From the IMG/VR virus record IMGVR_UViG_2802429232_000006: 32,572 nt of DNA. One strand, 5' to 3'. The stretch comes from a virus. Its lineage: Duplodnaviria; Heunggongvirae; Uroviricota; Caudoviricetes. Below are positions 16,997-27,172 of the stretch, piece by piece. Each line of letters begins with the position of its first letter. The first letter of the stretch is position 1. Under the pieces are notes generated by a model. That model was not told the DNA's origin. It saw only the letters and a list, made by a program, of their open reading frames with translations, and made no database searches. A program made the translations under genes and the position numbers.

Positions 16997-17409
16997 TGAT
17001 TGTGCTGGTTGTGTTGTTATCACTGGCGGTGGCCGGTCTGTTTCTGGCGAAGCATGAAAACGCCAGCCTGCGCGCCTCGCTGGACAGGGCGAACAACGTC
17101 GCCAGCGGTCAGCAGACGACCATCACCATGCTGAAAAATCAGCTTCATGTTGCGTTCACCAGGGCAGACAAAAACGAGCTGGCGCAGGTGGCACTGCGTC
17201 AGGAACTGGAGAACGCCGCGAAGCGTGAAGTACAGCGCGAGAAAACCATCACGAGGTTACTCAATGAAAACGAAGATTTTCGCCGCTGGTACGGCACTGG
17301 CCTGCCTGATGCTGTGCGCCGGTTGCACCAGCGCCCGGCCTGCACCGACGCCAGTGATTGTCCACAACGCCTGCCCGAAAGTGAGTCTTTGCCCGATGCC
17401 GGGCAGTGA
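16984..17409 (+). CDS. lysB: i-spanin (Rz-like) LysB
   Basis: 141 aa, N-terminal TM anchor then coiled-coil-like periplasmic domain; P2 LysB length. Confidence 0.85.
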   Translation: MSKLMIVLVVLLSLAVAGLFLAKHENASLRASLDRANNVASGQQTTITMLKNQLHVAFTRADKNELAQVALRQELENAAKREVQREKTITRLLNENEDFRRWYGTGLPDAVRRLHQRPACTDASDCPQRLPESESLPDAGQ

Positions 17410-17554
17410 CCCGCAGAAGAACGGTGATTTAAGTGCCGATATCCGGCAGCTTGAGAACGCGCTGGCACGCTGTGCCAGCCAGGTAAAAATGATTAAACAC
17501 TGTCAGGACGAAAACGATGCTCAAACCCGACAGCCTGCGCAGGGCGTTGACTGA
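17264..17554 (+). CDS. lysC: o-spanin (Rz1-like lipoprotein) LysC, embedded in the lysB/R overlap
   Basis: ATG at 17264 in the +1 frame of lysB gives 96 aa with lipobox LCAGC; runs across the lysB stop into R. Confidence 0.8.
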   Translation: MKTKIFAAGTALACLMLCAGCTSARPAPTPVIVHNACPKVSLCPMPGSDPQKNGDLSADIRQLENALARCASQVKMIKHCQDENDAQTRQPAQGVD

Positions 17555-17984
17555 TGCCGTCACGGTACTGAAAACCAGTCCCGAGATGCTGCGGATATTC
17601 GTTGATAACGGGAGTATTGCCTCCACACTGGCGACGTCGCTGTCGTTCGAAAAGCGTTACACGCTCAATGTCATTGTGACCGACTTTACCGGTGATTTTG
17701 ACCTGCTCATTGTGCCGGTGCTGGCGTGGCTGCGGGAAAATCAGCCCGACATCATGACCACCGACGAAGGCCAGAAAAAGGGCTTCACGTTTTATGCAGA
17801 CATCAACAATGACAGCAGCTTTGATATCAGCATCAGCCTGATGCTGACCGAGCGCACGCTGGTCAGAGAGGTGGACGGCGCGCTGCATGTGAAGAATATC
17901 CCGGAACCTCCGCCGCCAGAACCGGTCACCCGCCCGATGGAGCTTTATATCAATGGCGAACTGGTGAGCAAGTGGGATGAATGA
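17517..17984 (+). CDS. R: Tail completion protein R
   Basis: 155 aa, the P2 R length. Confidence 0.9.
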   Translation: MLKPDSLRRALTDAVTVLKTSPEMLRIFVDNGSIASTLATSLSFEKRYTLNVIVTDFTGDFDLLIVPVLAWLRENQPDIMTTDEGQKKGFTFYADINNDSSFDISISLMLTERTLVREVDGALHVKNIPEPPPPEPVTRPMELYINGELVSKWDE

Positions 17985-18429
17985 GTTTAAGCGTTTTGAA
18001 GACCGGCTGACCGGACTGATTGAATCGCTGTCACCGTCAGGGCGTCGGCGACTGAGTGCCGAACTGGCGAAACGCCTGCGGCAGAGTCAGCAGCGTCGGG
18101 TGATGGCACAGAAAGCTCCGGACGGCACACCCTACGCGCCACGCCAGCAGCAGAGCGCCAGAAAAAAGACTGGTCGTGTTAAGCGAAAAATGTTTGCGAA
18201 ACTTATCACCAGTCGTTTTTTGCATATCCGCGCCAGCCCGGAACAGGCATCAATGGAATTTTACGGCGGGAAGTCACCGAAAATAGCCAGCGTGCATCAG
18301 TTCGGTCTGTCGGAAGAAAACCGGAAAGACGGTAAGAAAATTGATTATCCGGCTCGTCCTCTGCTCGGCTTTACCGGTGAGGATGTGCAGATGATTGAAG
18401 AGATTATTCTGGCTCACCTCGACCGTTAG
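17977..18429 (+). CDS. S: Tail completion protein S
   Basis: 150 aa, the P2 S length. Confidence 0.9.
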   Translation: MNEFKRFEDRLTGLIESLSPSGRRRLSAELAKRLRQSQQRRVMAQKAPDGTPYAPRQQQSARKKTGRVKRKMFAKLITSRFLHIRASPEQASMEFYGGKSPKIASVHQFGLSEENRKDGKKIDYPARPLLGFTGEDVQMIEEIILAHLDR

Positions 18430-18495
18430 TTGTGCCATTCCCGACACCTCATCGTCACATTGCCGCCGGTATGACCCGGCGGCATCCTTCCCGTT
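18430..18495 (+). promoter_or_regulatory. Late promoter PV region (Ogr-dependent)
   Basis: Intergenic upstream of V; partial dyad TGTG-N10-CAC at 18431-18447; assignment by P2 analogy. Confidence 0.45.
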
Positions 18496-19137
18496 ATGAA
18501 CACTCTCGCAAATATTCAGGAACTCGCGCGCGCACTGCGCAACATGATCCGCACCGGCATTATCGTCGAAACCGACCTTAACGCCGGTCGCTGCCGTGTG
18601 CAGACCGGCGGCATGTGCACTGACTGGCTTCAGTGGCTGACCCATCGCGCCGGGCGTTCGCGCACATGGTGGGCACCTTCCGTGGGGGAACAGGTGCTGA
18701 TTCTGGCCGTGGGCGGTGAACTCGACACGGCGTTCGTTCTGCCGGGGATTTATTCCGGCGATAACCCCGCGCCGTCTGCGTCGGCGGATGCCCTGCATAT
18801 CCGTTTCCCTGACGGGGCGGTGATTGAATATGAACCCGAAACCAGTGCACTTACGGTAAGCGGAATTAAAACGGCCAGCGTGACGGCTTCTGATTCTGTT
18901 ACTGCCACGGTGCCGGTGGTCACGGTGAAAGCATCAACCCGCGTCACCCTGGACACACCGGAAGTGGTCTGCACTAACAAGCTGACTACCGGCACGCTGG
19001 AAGTGCAGAAGGGCGGGAAGATGCACGGCAACATCGAGCATACCGACGGGAAATTCACGTCTAACGGCGTTCAGGTGGATGACCACGGTCACGGTGGTGT
19101 TAAGTCAGGAGACAACTGGACACAGGGGACAAAATGA
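18496..19137 (+). CDS. V: Baseplate spike/assembly protein V
   Basis: 213 aa (P2 V about 211); C-terminal histidine-rich apex (HGHGG). Confidence 0.9.
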   Translation: MNTLANIQELARALRNMIRTGIIVETDLNAGRCRVQTGGMCTDWLQWLTHRAGRSRTWWAPSVGEQVLILAVGGELDTAFVLPGIYSGDNPAPSASADALHIRFPDGAVIEYEPETSALTVSGIKTASVTASDSVTATVPVVTVKASTRVTLDTPEVVCTNKLTTGTLEVQKGGKMHGNIEHTDGKFTSNGVQVDDHGHGGVKSGDNWTQGTK

Positions 19138-19481
19138 CAGCACGTTATCTCGGAATGAATCGCAGTGATGGCCAGACTGTCACTGACCTTGAGCATATCA
19201 GCCAGAGTATCGGCGATATCCTGCGCACGCCGGTCGGCTCACGGGTGATGCGTCGTGATTACGGCTCGTTGCTGGCGTCAATGATTGACCAGCCGCAGAC
19301 CCCGGCGCTTGAGTTGCAGATTAAGGTCGCCTGTTACATGGCGGTGCTGAAATGGGAACCCCGCGTCACCCTGGCATCCGTCACCACGGCGCGCAGCTTT
19401 GACGGGCGAATGACGGTCACGTTAACCGGCCAGCATAACGACACCGGCCAGCCACTTTCGTTAACCATCCCTGTGAGTTGA
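19134..19481 (+). CDS. W: Baseplate wedge protein W (gp25-like)
   Basis: 115 aa, the P2 W length; ATGA overlap with V. Confidence 0.9.
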   Translation: MTARYLGMNRSDGQTVTDLEHISQSIGDILRTPVGSRVMRRDYGSLLASMIDQPQTPALELQIKVACYMAVLKWEPRVTLASVTTARSFDGRMTVTLTGQHNDTGQPLSLTIPVS

Positions 19482-19485
19482 AACC

Positions 19486-20394
19486 ATGCCGATTATCGAC
19501 CTGAACCAGCTACCCGCACCGGATGTGGTTGAGGAGCTGGACTTTGAAACCATTCTTGCCGAACGCAAGGCGACACTGATTTCCCTTTACCCGGAAGACC
19601 AGCAGGAGGCGGTCGCCCGTACCCTGACGCTGGAATCCGAGCCTCTCGTCAAACTGCTGGAGGAAAATGCTTATCGCGAGCTTATCTGGCGTCAGCGTGT
19701 GAATGAGGCCGCACGGGCGGTGATGCTGGCCTGTGCCGCCGGTAATGACCTTGATGTGATTGGTGCCAATTACAACACCACGCGCCTGATTATCACCCCG
19801 GCAGATGATTCGACTATCCCGCCGACACCGGCAGTGATGGAGTCTGACACCGATTATCGTCTGCGTATTCAGCAGGCGTTTGAGGGCTTAAGCGTCGCCG
19901 GGTCGGTGGGTGCCTATCAGTATCATGGCCGCAGTGCCGACGGGCGTGTCGCGGATATCTCTGTCACCAGTCCGTCTCCGGCCTGCGTCACCATCTCTGT
20001 GCTGTCACGTGAAAATAACGGTGTCGCATCCGAAGACCTGCTGGCGGTGGTGCGTAACGCTCTTAATGGCGAGGACGTCAGGCCGGTGGCCGACCGCGTG
20101 ACCGTGCAGTCTGCCGCCATCGTTGAATACCAGATAAACGCCACGCTTTACCTTTACCCTGGTCCCGAAAGCGAACCCATTCGCGCTGCTGCTGTGAAAA
20201 AACTGGAAGCGTATATCACGGCACAGCACCGGCTGGGGCGTGACATCCGTCTGTCTGCCATTTATGCCGCTTTGCATGTGGAAGGCGTGCAGCGTGTCGA
20301 ACTGACTGCTCCGCTGGCCGACATCGTGCTCAACAGTACGCAGGCGTCTTTCTGTACCGAATACAACGTCGTGACCGGAGGCTCGGATGAGTGA
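19486..20394 (+). CDS. J: Baseplate protein J
   Basis: 302 aa, the P2 J length. Confidence 0.9.
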   Translation: MPIIDLNQLPAPDVVEELDFETILAERKATLISLYPEDQQEAVARTLTLESEPLVKLLEENAYRELIWRQRVNEAARAVMLACAAGNDLDVIGANYNTTRLIITPADDSTIPPTPAVMESDTDYRLRIQQAFEGLSVAGSVGAYQYHGRSADGRVADISVTSPSPACVTISVLSRENNGVASEDLLAVVRNALNGEDVRPVADRVTVQSAAIVEYQINATLYLYPGPESEPIRAAAVKKLEAYITAQHRLGRDIRLSAIYAALHVEGVQRVELTAPLADIVLNSTQASFCTEYNVVTGGSDE

Positions 20395-20917
20395 TTCGCG
20401 ACTGCTGCCGACCGGCTCATCACCGCTTGAGGTCGCCGCCGCAAAAGCCTGTGCGGAAATTGAAAAAACGCCGGTCAGTATTCGTGAGCTGTGGAATCCG
20501 GACACCTGCCCGGCAAATCTGCTGCCGTGGCTGGCGTGGGCGTTTTCGGTCGACAGGTGGGATGAAAAGTGGCCGGAAGCGACAAAACGCGCCGTTATCC
20601 GCGATGCCTATTTCATTCACTGTCATAAGGGCACTATAGGCGCAATCCGACGCGTGGTGGAGCCGCTCGGCTATCTCATTAACGTAAAGGAATGGTGGGA
20701 GACAAACGACCCGCCCGGCACTTTCCGGCTTGATATCGGCGTACTGGAAAGCGGTATCACAGAGGAAATGTATCTGGAAATGGAACGGCTGATTGCCGAT
20801 GCCAAACCCGCAAGTCGCCACCTTATCGGTCTGAACATTATCCAGGACATTCCCGGCTATCTGTATACAGGCGGTGTGGTCTGTGATGGTGATGTTATTA
20901 CTGTTTATCCCGGATAA
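20387..20917 (+). CDS. I: Baseplate protein I
   Basis: 176 aa, the P2 I length. Confidence 0.9.
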   Translation: MSDSRLLPTGSSPLEVAAAKACAEIEKTPVSIRELWNPDTCPANLLPWLAWAFSVDRWDEKWPEATKRAVIRDAYFIHCHKGTIGAIRRVVEPLGYLINVKEWWETNDPPGTFRLDIGVLESGITEEMYLEMERLIADAKPASRHLIGLNIIQDIPGYLYTGGVVCDGDVITVYPG

Positions 20918-20927
20918 GTGAGAAACA

Positions 20928-23549
20928 ATGAGCACGAAATTTAAAACCGTTATCACTACTGCCGGAGCCGCAAAGCTGGCTGCCGCCACTGTCCCCGGCG
21001 GGAAAAAAGTAACCCTGTCTGCAATGGCCGTGGGTGACGGAAATGGCAAATTGCCGGTGCCGGATGCCGGTCAGACGAAGCTGGTGCATGAGGTCTGGCG
21101 TCACGCTCTGAATAAAGTCAGCGTGGATAATAAGAATAAAAACTATATCGTGGCTGAACTGGTTGTACCGCCCGAAGTGGGCGGTTTCTGGATGCGTGAG
21201 CTTGGTCTGTATGACGATGTCGGAACACTGATTGCGGTCGCTAACATGGCAGAAAGCTATAAGCCTGAACTGGCTGAAGGCTCCGGACGTGCGCAGACCT
21301 GCCGCATGGTCATTATTGTCAGTAACGTGGCGTCCGTTGAGCTGAGTATTGATGCCAGCACAGTGATGGCGACACAGGATTACGTCGATGACAAAATCGC
21401 AGAGCATGAGCAGTCCCGCCGCCATCCTGACGCCACGCTGACAGAAAAAGGTTTTACCCAGTTAAGCAGTGCAACAAACAGCACCAGTGAAAAGCTGGCA
21501 GCAACGCCAAAGGCAGTAAAAGCAGCCTATGACAATGCTGAGAAACGTCTGCAGAAAGACCAGAACGGTGGTGATATTCCAGATAAGGGCGCTTTTCTGG
21601 ACAATGTTGGCGTTACCAGCCTGACGTTTATGAAACACAATGGAATGATTCCAACCACTGACAATCTTGACTCCTATGGCCCAGAAGAAAAATATCTTGG
21701 AACGTGGTCATGCCCGTCACAATCCACTGCAAAACCAGAGTCTGGTTACCCTGAAGATAAAGGCAATGGGGTTCTGGAAGTATTCAATGCTGGTCGCTTT
21801 CACTGCACACAACGCTACACTACCCGAACCGGTAATATTTACATTCGGATGCTTGATGCAGAATGGAACCCTGTCAGTCCTGTATGGAGTGCATGGAGAG
21901 TTATTACAAGCGGGACTCGCCCATTAAGCACGCCAATTGACCTGAATTCTTTAGGTGGTGCGGAACACCTGGGAATATGGCGCAATAGCAGTACATCAAT
22001 AGCCTCATTTGACCGTCATTTCCCGGAGGAAGGGAGTTTTGGGCAGGGTATTCTGGAAGTCTTTGAAGGCGGTCTGTATGGGAGGATGCAACGTTACACC
22101 ACCCGTAGTGGGACTATGTACATTCGTGGACTGACTGCCTCATGGGATGCAGAAAATCCACAATGGGAGGACTGGATTGCTGTTGGGTATCAGTCCACGG
22201 GATGGACTTATTCAGGGGATCTTGATGACCTTTTAAAGCCTGGTATTTATAGCGTTACGAAACAGGCCACAAATGCACCTGTCACCGACTCTAAAGATCT
22301 TGCTGTTGGCTCAATAGTTGAAGTGAAAAAACGTTGTGATATTGAATCGTATATCCAGACATACACGACTGTTTCAGCAACGGATGCCTATAAAAACCGG
22401 ACATTTCAGCGAACCCGCGCCAGCGGTGAAACTGACTGGGGGGAATGGGCGGAAGTATACAACTCAAAATCATTACTCACTAAATTAGGTGTCGGCGGTG
22501 TTACCGACAGGTTATCCAGTCTGGACTGGCAGACCTACGACTTTATACCGGGCAGCATGATAACTGTCAGGCTTTCAGATATGACCAATATTCCCGATGG
22601 GATGGAATGGGGCGTCATTGATACTAACCTGATAAATATCACTGTTGGCCCCAGTGAAGGCGGAGGTGTCGCCCGTTCAATGCAGGTATGGCGCAGCACT
22701 TCAAACAAAACCAACTATCGTTTTTTTACAGTCCGCTTATATGGAAATCCTGGGGAGCGTAGCTTCAATATTCGTCGGCTACCAATTATCGACGAAGCCC
22801 AGACATGGGAGGCAAAACAGACATTCAGTGCAGGCCTTTCTGGTGAACTGTCCGGCAATGCGGCTACAGCAACAAAGCTGAAAACGGCAAGGACAATTAA
22901 CGGCGTAAAATTTGACGGCTCGGCAAATATTGAAGCATTTCCGCCTGGTGTTCCGCTGCCGTGGCCATCAGATACACCACCTGCGGGCTATGCAATTATG
23001 CAGGGGCAGACGTTTGATAAGGCAGCATATCCGAAACTGGCTATAGCCTATCCTTCTGGTGTTATTCCAGATATGCGCGGCTGGACAATCAAGGGCAAAC
23101 CCGCCAGTGGGCGTGCCGTATTGTCACAGGAACAGGACGGGATTAAATCGCATACTCACAGCGCCAGTGCGTCAAATACGGACTTAGGAACGAAAACGAC
23201 CAGTTCATTTGATTACGGCACGAAGACGGTCAGTACATTTAACCACGGCACAAAATCAACGAACAGTACGGGCAATCATACGCACACTGTCGGTGGTGTT
23301 TATGGCGGCGACTCTGTCGGTGGAAAACAGCGTGTACAGGCTTCAGGAAACAATCAGGTGTCCAGCACCGCCGGAGCGCACGCCCATACGGTGGATATTG
23401 GTCAGCATAACCACACTGTAGGTATTGGTGCCCATGCACACACTGTGGCCCTGGGTGCGCACGGACACACCATCACGGTAAATGCTACGGGTAATACCGA
23501 AAACACCGTCAAAAACATCGCATTTAACTATATTGTGAGGCTTGCATAA
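20928..23549 (+). CDS. H: Tail fibre protein H (mosaic, extended C-terminal receptor-binding region)
   Basis: 873 aa versus about 669 in P2; N-terminal ~200 aa P2-H-like, then lower-GC region with tandem ~70-aa repeats and HxH-rich tip. Confidence 0.88.
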   Translation: MSTKFKTVITTAGAAKLAAATVPGGKKVTLSAMAVGDGNGKLPVPDAGQTKLVHEVWRHALNKVSVDNKNKNYIVAELVVPPEVGGFWMRELGLYDDVGTLIAVANMAESYKPELAEGSGRAQTCRMVIIVSNVASVELSIDASTVMATQDYVDDKIAEHEQSRRHPDATLTEKGFTQLSSATNSTSEKLAATPKAVKAAYDNAEKRLQKDQNGGDIPDKGAFLDNVGVTSLTFMKHNGMIPTTDNLDSYGPEEKYLGTWSCPSQSTAKPESGYPEDKGNGVLEVFNAGRFHCTQRYTTRTGNIYIRMLDAEWNPVSPVWSAWRVITSGTRPLSTPIDLNSLGGAEHLGIWRNSSTSIASFDRHFPEEGSFGQGILEVFEGGLYGRMQRYTTRSGTMYIRGLTASWDAENPQWEDWIAVGYQSTGWTYSGDLDDLLKPGIYSVTKQATNAPVTDSKDLAVGSIVEVKKRCDIESYIQTYTTVSATDAYKNRTFQRTRASGETDWGEWAEVYNSKSLLTKLGVGGVTDRLSSLDWQTYDFIPGSMITVRLSDMTNIPDGMEWGVIDTNLINITVGPSEGGGVARSMQVWRSTSNKTNYRFFTVRLYGNPGERSFNIRRLPIIDEAQTWEAKQTFSAGLSGELSGNAATATKLKTARTINGVKFDGSANIEAFPPGVPLPWPSDTPPAGYAIMQGQTFDKAAYPKLAIAYPSGVIPDMRGWTIKGKPASGRAVLSQEQDGIKSHTHSASASNTDLGTKTTSSFDYGTKTVSTFNHGTKSTNSTGNHTHTVGGVYGGDSVGGKQRVQASGNNQVSSTAGAHAHTVDIGQHNHTVGIGAHAHTVALGAHGHTITVNATGNTENTVKNIAFNYIVRLA

Positions 23550-24127
23550 TGGCTTTCAGAATGAGTGCAGAAGCACAAACTATCCGCGTTTTCAATTTAC
23601 TTGATGGAACCAATGAATTTATTGGTGAAAGTGACGCATATATTCCGCCGCATACAGGTCTGCCTGCAAACAGTACAGATATTGCACCGCCTGATATTCC
23701 GGCGGGTTTTGCTGCCGTTTTCAATGCAGCTGAAATGAAATGGGAACTGATGGAAGACCATCGCGGAAAGACCGTCTACGAAACGAAAACGGGAGCAGCC
23801 ATTTATATTTCTGAACTTGGCGCATTACCTCCAGACGTGACAGCCATTTCCCCGGATGGGGATTATCAGAAATGGAACGGAAATGCGTGGGTGAATGATG
23901 AGAATGCAGAGCGTGATGCGCTTGTCAGAGCGGCTGACTCTCAGAAGAAAGAGCTGATTGCATATGCAGGTGAAATTATTGCCACGCTGCAGGATGCTGT
24001 CGATTTAGATATGGCTACCGAGGAAGAAAAGTTAAGCCTGACACACTGGAAAAAATACCGTGTGCTACTGAATCGCGTTCAGCCGGAAAATGCTCCGGAT
24101 ATAGAATGGCCAGAAATGCCGCAATAA
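23549..24127 (+). CDS. G: Tail fibre assembly chaperone G (Tfa family)
   Basis: 192 aa; 1-nt overlap with the H stop; Tfa-like sequence. Confidence 0.85.
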   Translation: MAFRMSAEAQTIRVFNLLDGTNEFIGESDAYIPPHTGLPANSTDIAPPDIPAGFAAVFNAAEMKWELMEDHRGKTVYETKTGAAIYISELGALPPDVTAISPDGDYQKWNGNAWVNDENAERDALVRAADSQKKELIAYAGEIIATLQDAVDLDMATEEEKLSLTHWKKYRVLLNRVQPENAPDIEWPEMPQ

Positions 24128-24455
24128 ATCGTATTAGCTCTGGTGTGAGATTACTCATCTATGGCACAGAGTAAAACCTAATCTGACTGTCCGCTCTGTG
24201 CTAGGAGCGGACGTGATGCATATCTGTCACCAAATTTAATGTGCCACTACAAACAGAGTATATAGTTGAATATTATAGTGCACCCCGGCCTCATGAATAT
24301 AACGGTGGATTACCGCCGAACGAGTCGGAAAATAGATACTGGAAAAACTCTAAAATCGAGGCCAGTTTTTGTTGTTCTCTACAATAATAATCGGATTTTC
24401 CCATGACAAGTTTAATAGTATTTAGGTGCCTGAAGTGAAGTTGAAGAAGCTATTG

Positions 24456-25535
24456 ATGAAAGTTGTGAAAGTGGTAAAGGAGCAGGTTCTAAGTACCGTT
24501 ATTTCGGGAATAATAGGCATAGCGGCTACAGTAGGGCTTTTCCATTTCACTTCACAGCCAATACGATCTGCTGATGTTCGCGAAAAATTAGTTGAAATGG
24601 CTCGGGAGTGCATCCAGCAGCAGCTTGCCACACATTTGGACTCAGTGGCGTTTGACTCAGTGGCTAGCGAGTCTCTCGATCTAAGCACCTCAAACTCCGT
24701 TGTAGTCTACGGAAGAGCTGTGAGCACAAATGGTGCCCTTAGCCGTTTCCTGATGGTCTTCGAGCCCTCTGGACAGAGTTTGATAGATAAGGTGGTTGGC
24801 AGACCTGGATTCTACGATATTGGGTATTGGGCAATCATCCCAGACGCAGGGGACGACGAGGTTGTGGCTTCTTCAGTAAACATTGAAGACCTCGACAAAG
24901 ATGGTAACAAGGACATACTAGTCCGCTTAAAGTCAACTTACGCGGATGGTGTATCCAAAGGGCTTCTTATACTTAAAAAGGATATCCATGATGTATGGCA
25001 TTTGATGGGGCTTCCATCAATGACAGAGATCATGCATTCCATTGCTGCAGGTCAGCCTCCCCAGCCGGAAGGTCTTCACCTTCCACTTCCGGCAATACAA
25101 TGGTTTAGTAATGACGAAAAACTCAAACCAAAGTCTGATATCAAACAATATCTTAATTGGGAAATTGACGAAGATAACTTGCAGGTCGCTGATTCCACTG
25201 GAAATCATTCTTTTTGGATGTTCAGAAACGGCACCAAGATAAAAATGTTCGAGAATGGACAAGCCGGCTACAAGCACTTTGGTGTACTGGTCAACATCAA
25301 TGATGAAGAGGCGATACAGGGAAGGCATCATCTCATGGTCAGCTTTTTCAAGATAGAGAATAATAGTTTGGTTCCTGATCCGAATTGGAACTGGGCCTAT
25401 CCCATGTTCTCTATCGGATTAGAGGATAGCCAAGAAGTTGAATTGAGTGACATGCAGGAAGCGGGCTTACAAGCTCATGTTTCTGGTAGCTCCGTTTTCG
25501 GCCTGACAGAGTTTGGGAAAATGGACTCAGATTAA
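24456..25535 (+). CDS. Hypothetical membrane-anchored protein, cargo at the Z/fun hotspot
   Basis: ATG at 24456 (359 aa) preferred; longest ORF starts at GTG 24426 (369 aa). Single N-terminal TM helix (VLSTVISGIIGIAATVGLFHF), then soluble domain with no recognisable catalytic motif; AT-rich relative to flanks. Confidence 0.7.
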   Translation: MKVVKVVKEQVLSTVISGIIGIAATVGLFHFTSQPIRSADVREKLVEMARECIQQQLATHLDSVAFDSVASESLDLSTSNSVVVYGRAVSTNGALSRFLMVFEPSGQSLIDKVVGRPGFYDIGYWAIIPDAGDDEVVASSVNIEDLDKDGNKDILVRLKSTYADGVSKGLLILKKDIHDVWHLMGLPSMTEIMHSIAAGQPPQPEGLHLPLPAIQWFSNDEKLKPKSDIKQYLNWEIDEDNLQVADSTGNHSFWMFRNGTKIKMFENGQAGYKHFGVLVNINDEEAIQGRHHLMVSFFKIENNSLVPDPNWNWAYPMFSIGLEDSQEVELSDMQEAGLQAHVSGSSVFGLTEFGKMDSD

Positions 25536-25846
25536 TATTCGCTAACCTTACCAACGAAGAGCAGGTCACAGGTATGGCCTAATTATGTTTTCAGAGGAGT
25601 CAGGGCTCAAGAATGCCCCCAGATAAGCCGTAAATCCTGTAGCGCAAAATCGTCTCAGATGACGCAGAGATATTAAAAACGCCTCAACCTGTTCATCAAT
25701 TAATTGATAGGTTGAACTGTTAGTTAAACTTTCACCAGCAGAAAGGTATGAACTTTTTCGACTCGCTCAAAGCTGGCTGTCAGAGCTGATAGCGTTTTGG
25801 CTACGTAAATTGTCAGTTGGAAACTGAGCGAGTACAAATCAAGACT

Positions 25847-25873
25847 GGCGGGCTGATTGCCCGCCTTTTCTTT
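25847..25873 (+). terminator. Rho-independent terminator
   Basis: GGCGGGC-TGATT-GCCCGCC followed by TTTTCTTT. Confidence 0.8.
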
Positions 25874-25969
25874 ATCTGTTGTTTCATCCACTGACCAGTC
25901 AGGTCAAATAGCGTCTCATGCACTGCCCAACAGAAAATAGTTGCACCCATTAACCACGGAGTTAAACGG
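25874..25969 (+). promoter_or_regulatory. Late promoter PF region (Ogr-dependent) upstream of FI
   Basis: Between a strong terminator and the FI start; contains palindrome CTGACCAGTCAG (25891-25902); assignment by P2 analogy. Confidence 0.45.
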
Positions 25970-27160
25970 ATGAGTGACTATCATCACGGCGTGCAGGTGC
26001 TGGAGATTAACGACGGCACCCGCGTCATTTCCACCGTATCCACCGCCATTGTTGGCATGGTCTGCACGGCCAGCGATGCGGATGCGGAAATCTTCCCCCT
26101 CAATAAACCGGTGCTGATTACCAATGTGCAGAGCGCAATTGCAAAGGCCGGTAAAAAAGGCACGCTGGCGGCGTCGTTGCAGGCTATCGCCGACCAGTCA
26201 AAACCGGTCACTGTTGTCGTGCGCGTGGAAGACGGAACCGGCGACGACGAAGAAACGAAACTCGCGCAGACCGTTTCCAATATCATCGGCACCACCGACG
26301 AAAATGGTCAGTACACCGGACTGAAAGCCCTGATGGGGGCTGAATCGGTTACCGGCGTTAAACCGCGCATTCTCGGTGTGCCGGGGCTGGACACCAAAGA
26401 GGTTGCCGTCGCACTGGCATCGGTATGCCAGGAACTGAATGCATTCGGGTATATCAGCGCATGGGGCTGTAAAACCATTTCCGAGGTGAAAGCCTACCGC
26501 CAGAATTTCAGCCAGCGGGAGCTGATGGTCATCTGGCCGGATTTCCTCGCATGGGATACGGTCACCAGTACCACCGCCACCGCGTATGCCACCGCCCGTG
26601 CGCTGGGTCTGCGTGCTAAAATCGACCAGGAGCAGGGCTGGCATAAAACGCTGTCCAATGTCGGGGTAAACGGTGTTACCGGCATCAGCGCATCTGTATT
26701 CTGGGATTTGCAGAAGTCTGGCACCGATGCTGACCTGCTGAACGAGGCAGGCGTCACAACGCTGGTTCGCCGCGACGGTTTCCGTTTCTGGGGTAACCGT
26801 ACCTGCTCTGATGACCCGCTGTTCCTCTTTGAAAGCTACACACGCACCGCGCAGGTACTGGCTGACACGATGGCTGAGGCGCACATGTGGGCTATTGATA
26901 AGCCTATCACCGCAACGCTGATCCGCGACATCATTGACGGCATCAATGCCAAATTCCGCGAACTGAAAAACAACGGTTATATTGTGGATGGCACATGCTG
27001 GTTCAGTGAAGAATCCAACGATGCGGAAACCCTCAAGGCCGGAAAACTGTATATCGACTACGACTATACACCGGTGCCTCCTCTCGAAAACCTGACCCTG
27101 CGCCAGCGTATTACTTCAAGATACCTGGCAAGTCTGGTCACCTCGGTTAACAGCAATTAA
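25970..27160 (+). CDS. FI: Tail sheath protein FI
   Basis: 396 aa, the P2 FI length. Confidence 0.93.
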   Translation: MSDYHHGVQVLEINDGTRVISTVSTAIVGMVCTASDADAEIFPLNKPVLITNVQSAIAKAGKKGTLAASLQAIADQSKPVTVVVRVEDGTGDDEETKLAQTVSNIIGTTDENGQYTGLKALMGAESVTGVKPRILGVPGLDTKEVAVALASVCQELNAFGYISAWGCKTISEVKAYRQNFSQRELMVIWPDFLAWDTVTSTTATAYATARALGLRAKIDQEQGWHKTLSNVGVNGVTGISASVFWDLQKSGTDADLLNEAGVTTLVRRDGFRFWGNRTCSDDPLFLFESYTRTAQVLADTMAEAHMWAIDKPITATLIRDIIDGINAKFRELKNNGYIVDGTCWFSEESNDAETLKAGKLYIDYDYTPVPPLENLTLRQRITSRYLASLVTSVNSN

Positions 27161-27172
27161 GGAGCCTGACCG

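Noticed and set aside
22291-23439. Small ORFs within the H C-terminal region (22291-22473 minus, 22645-22881 plus, 23209-23421 plus, 23239-23439 minus)
   Set aside because: All lie inside the tail fibre gene in other frames or antisense; none has recognisable features.
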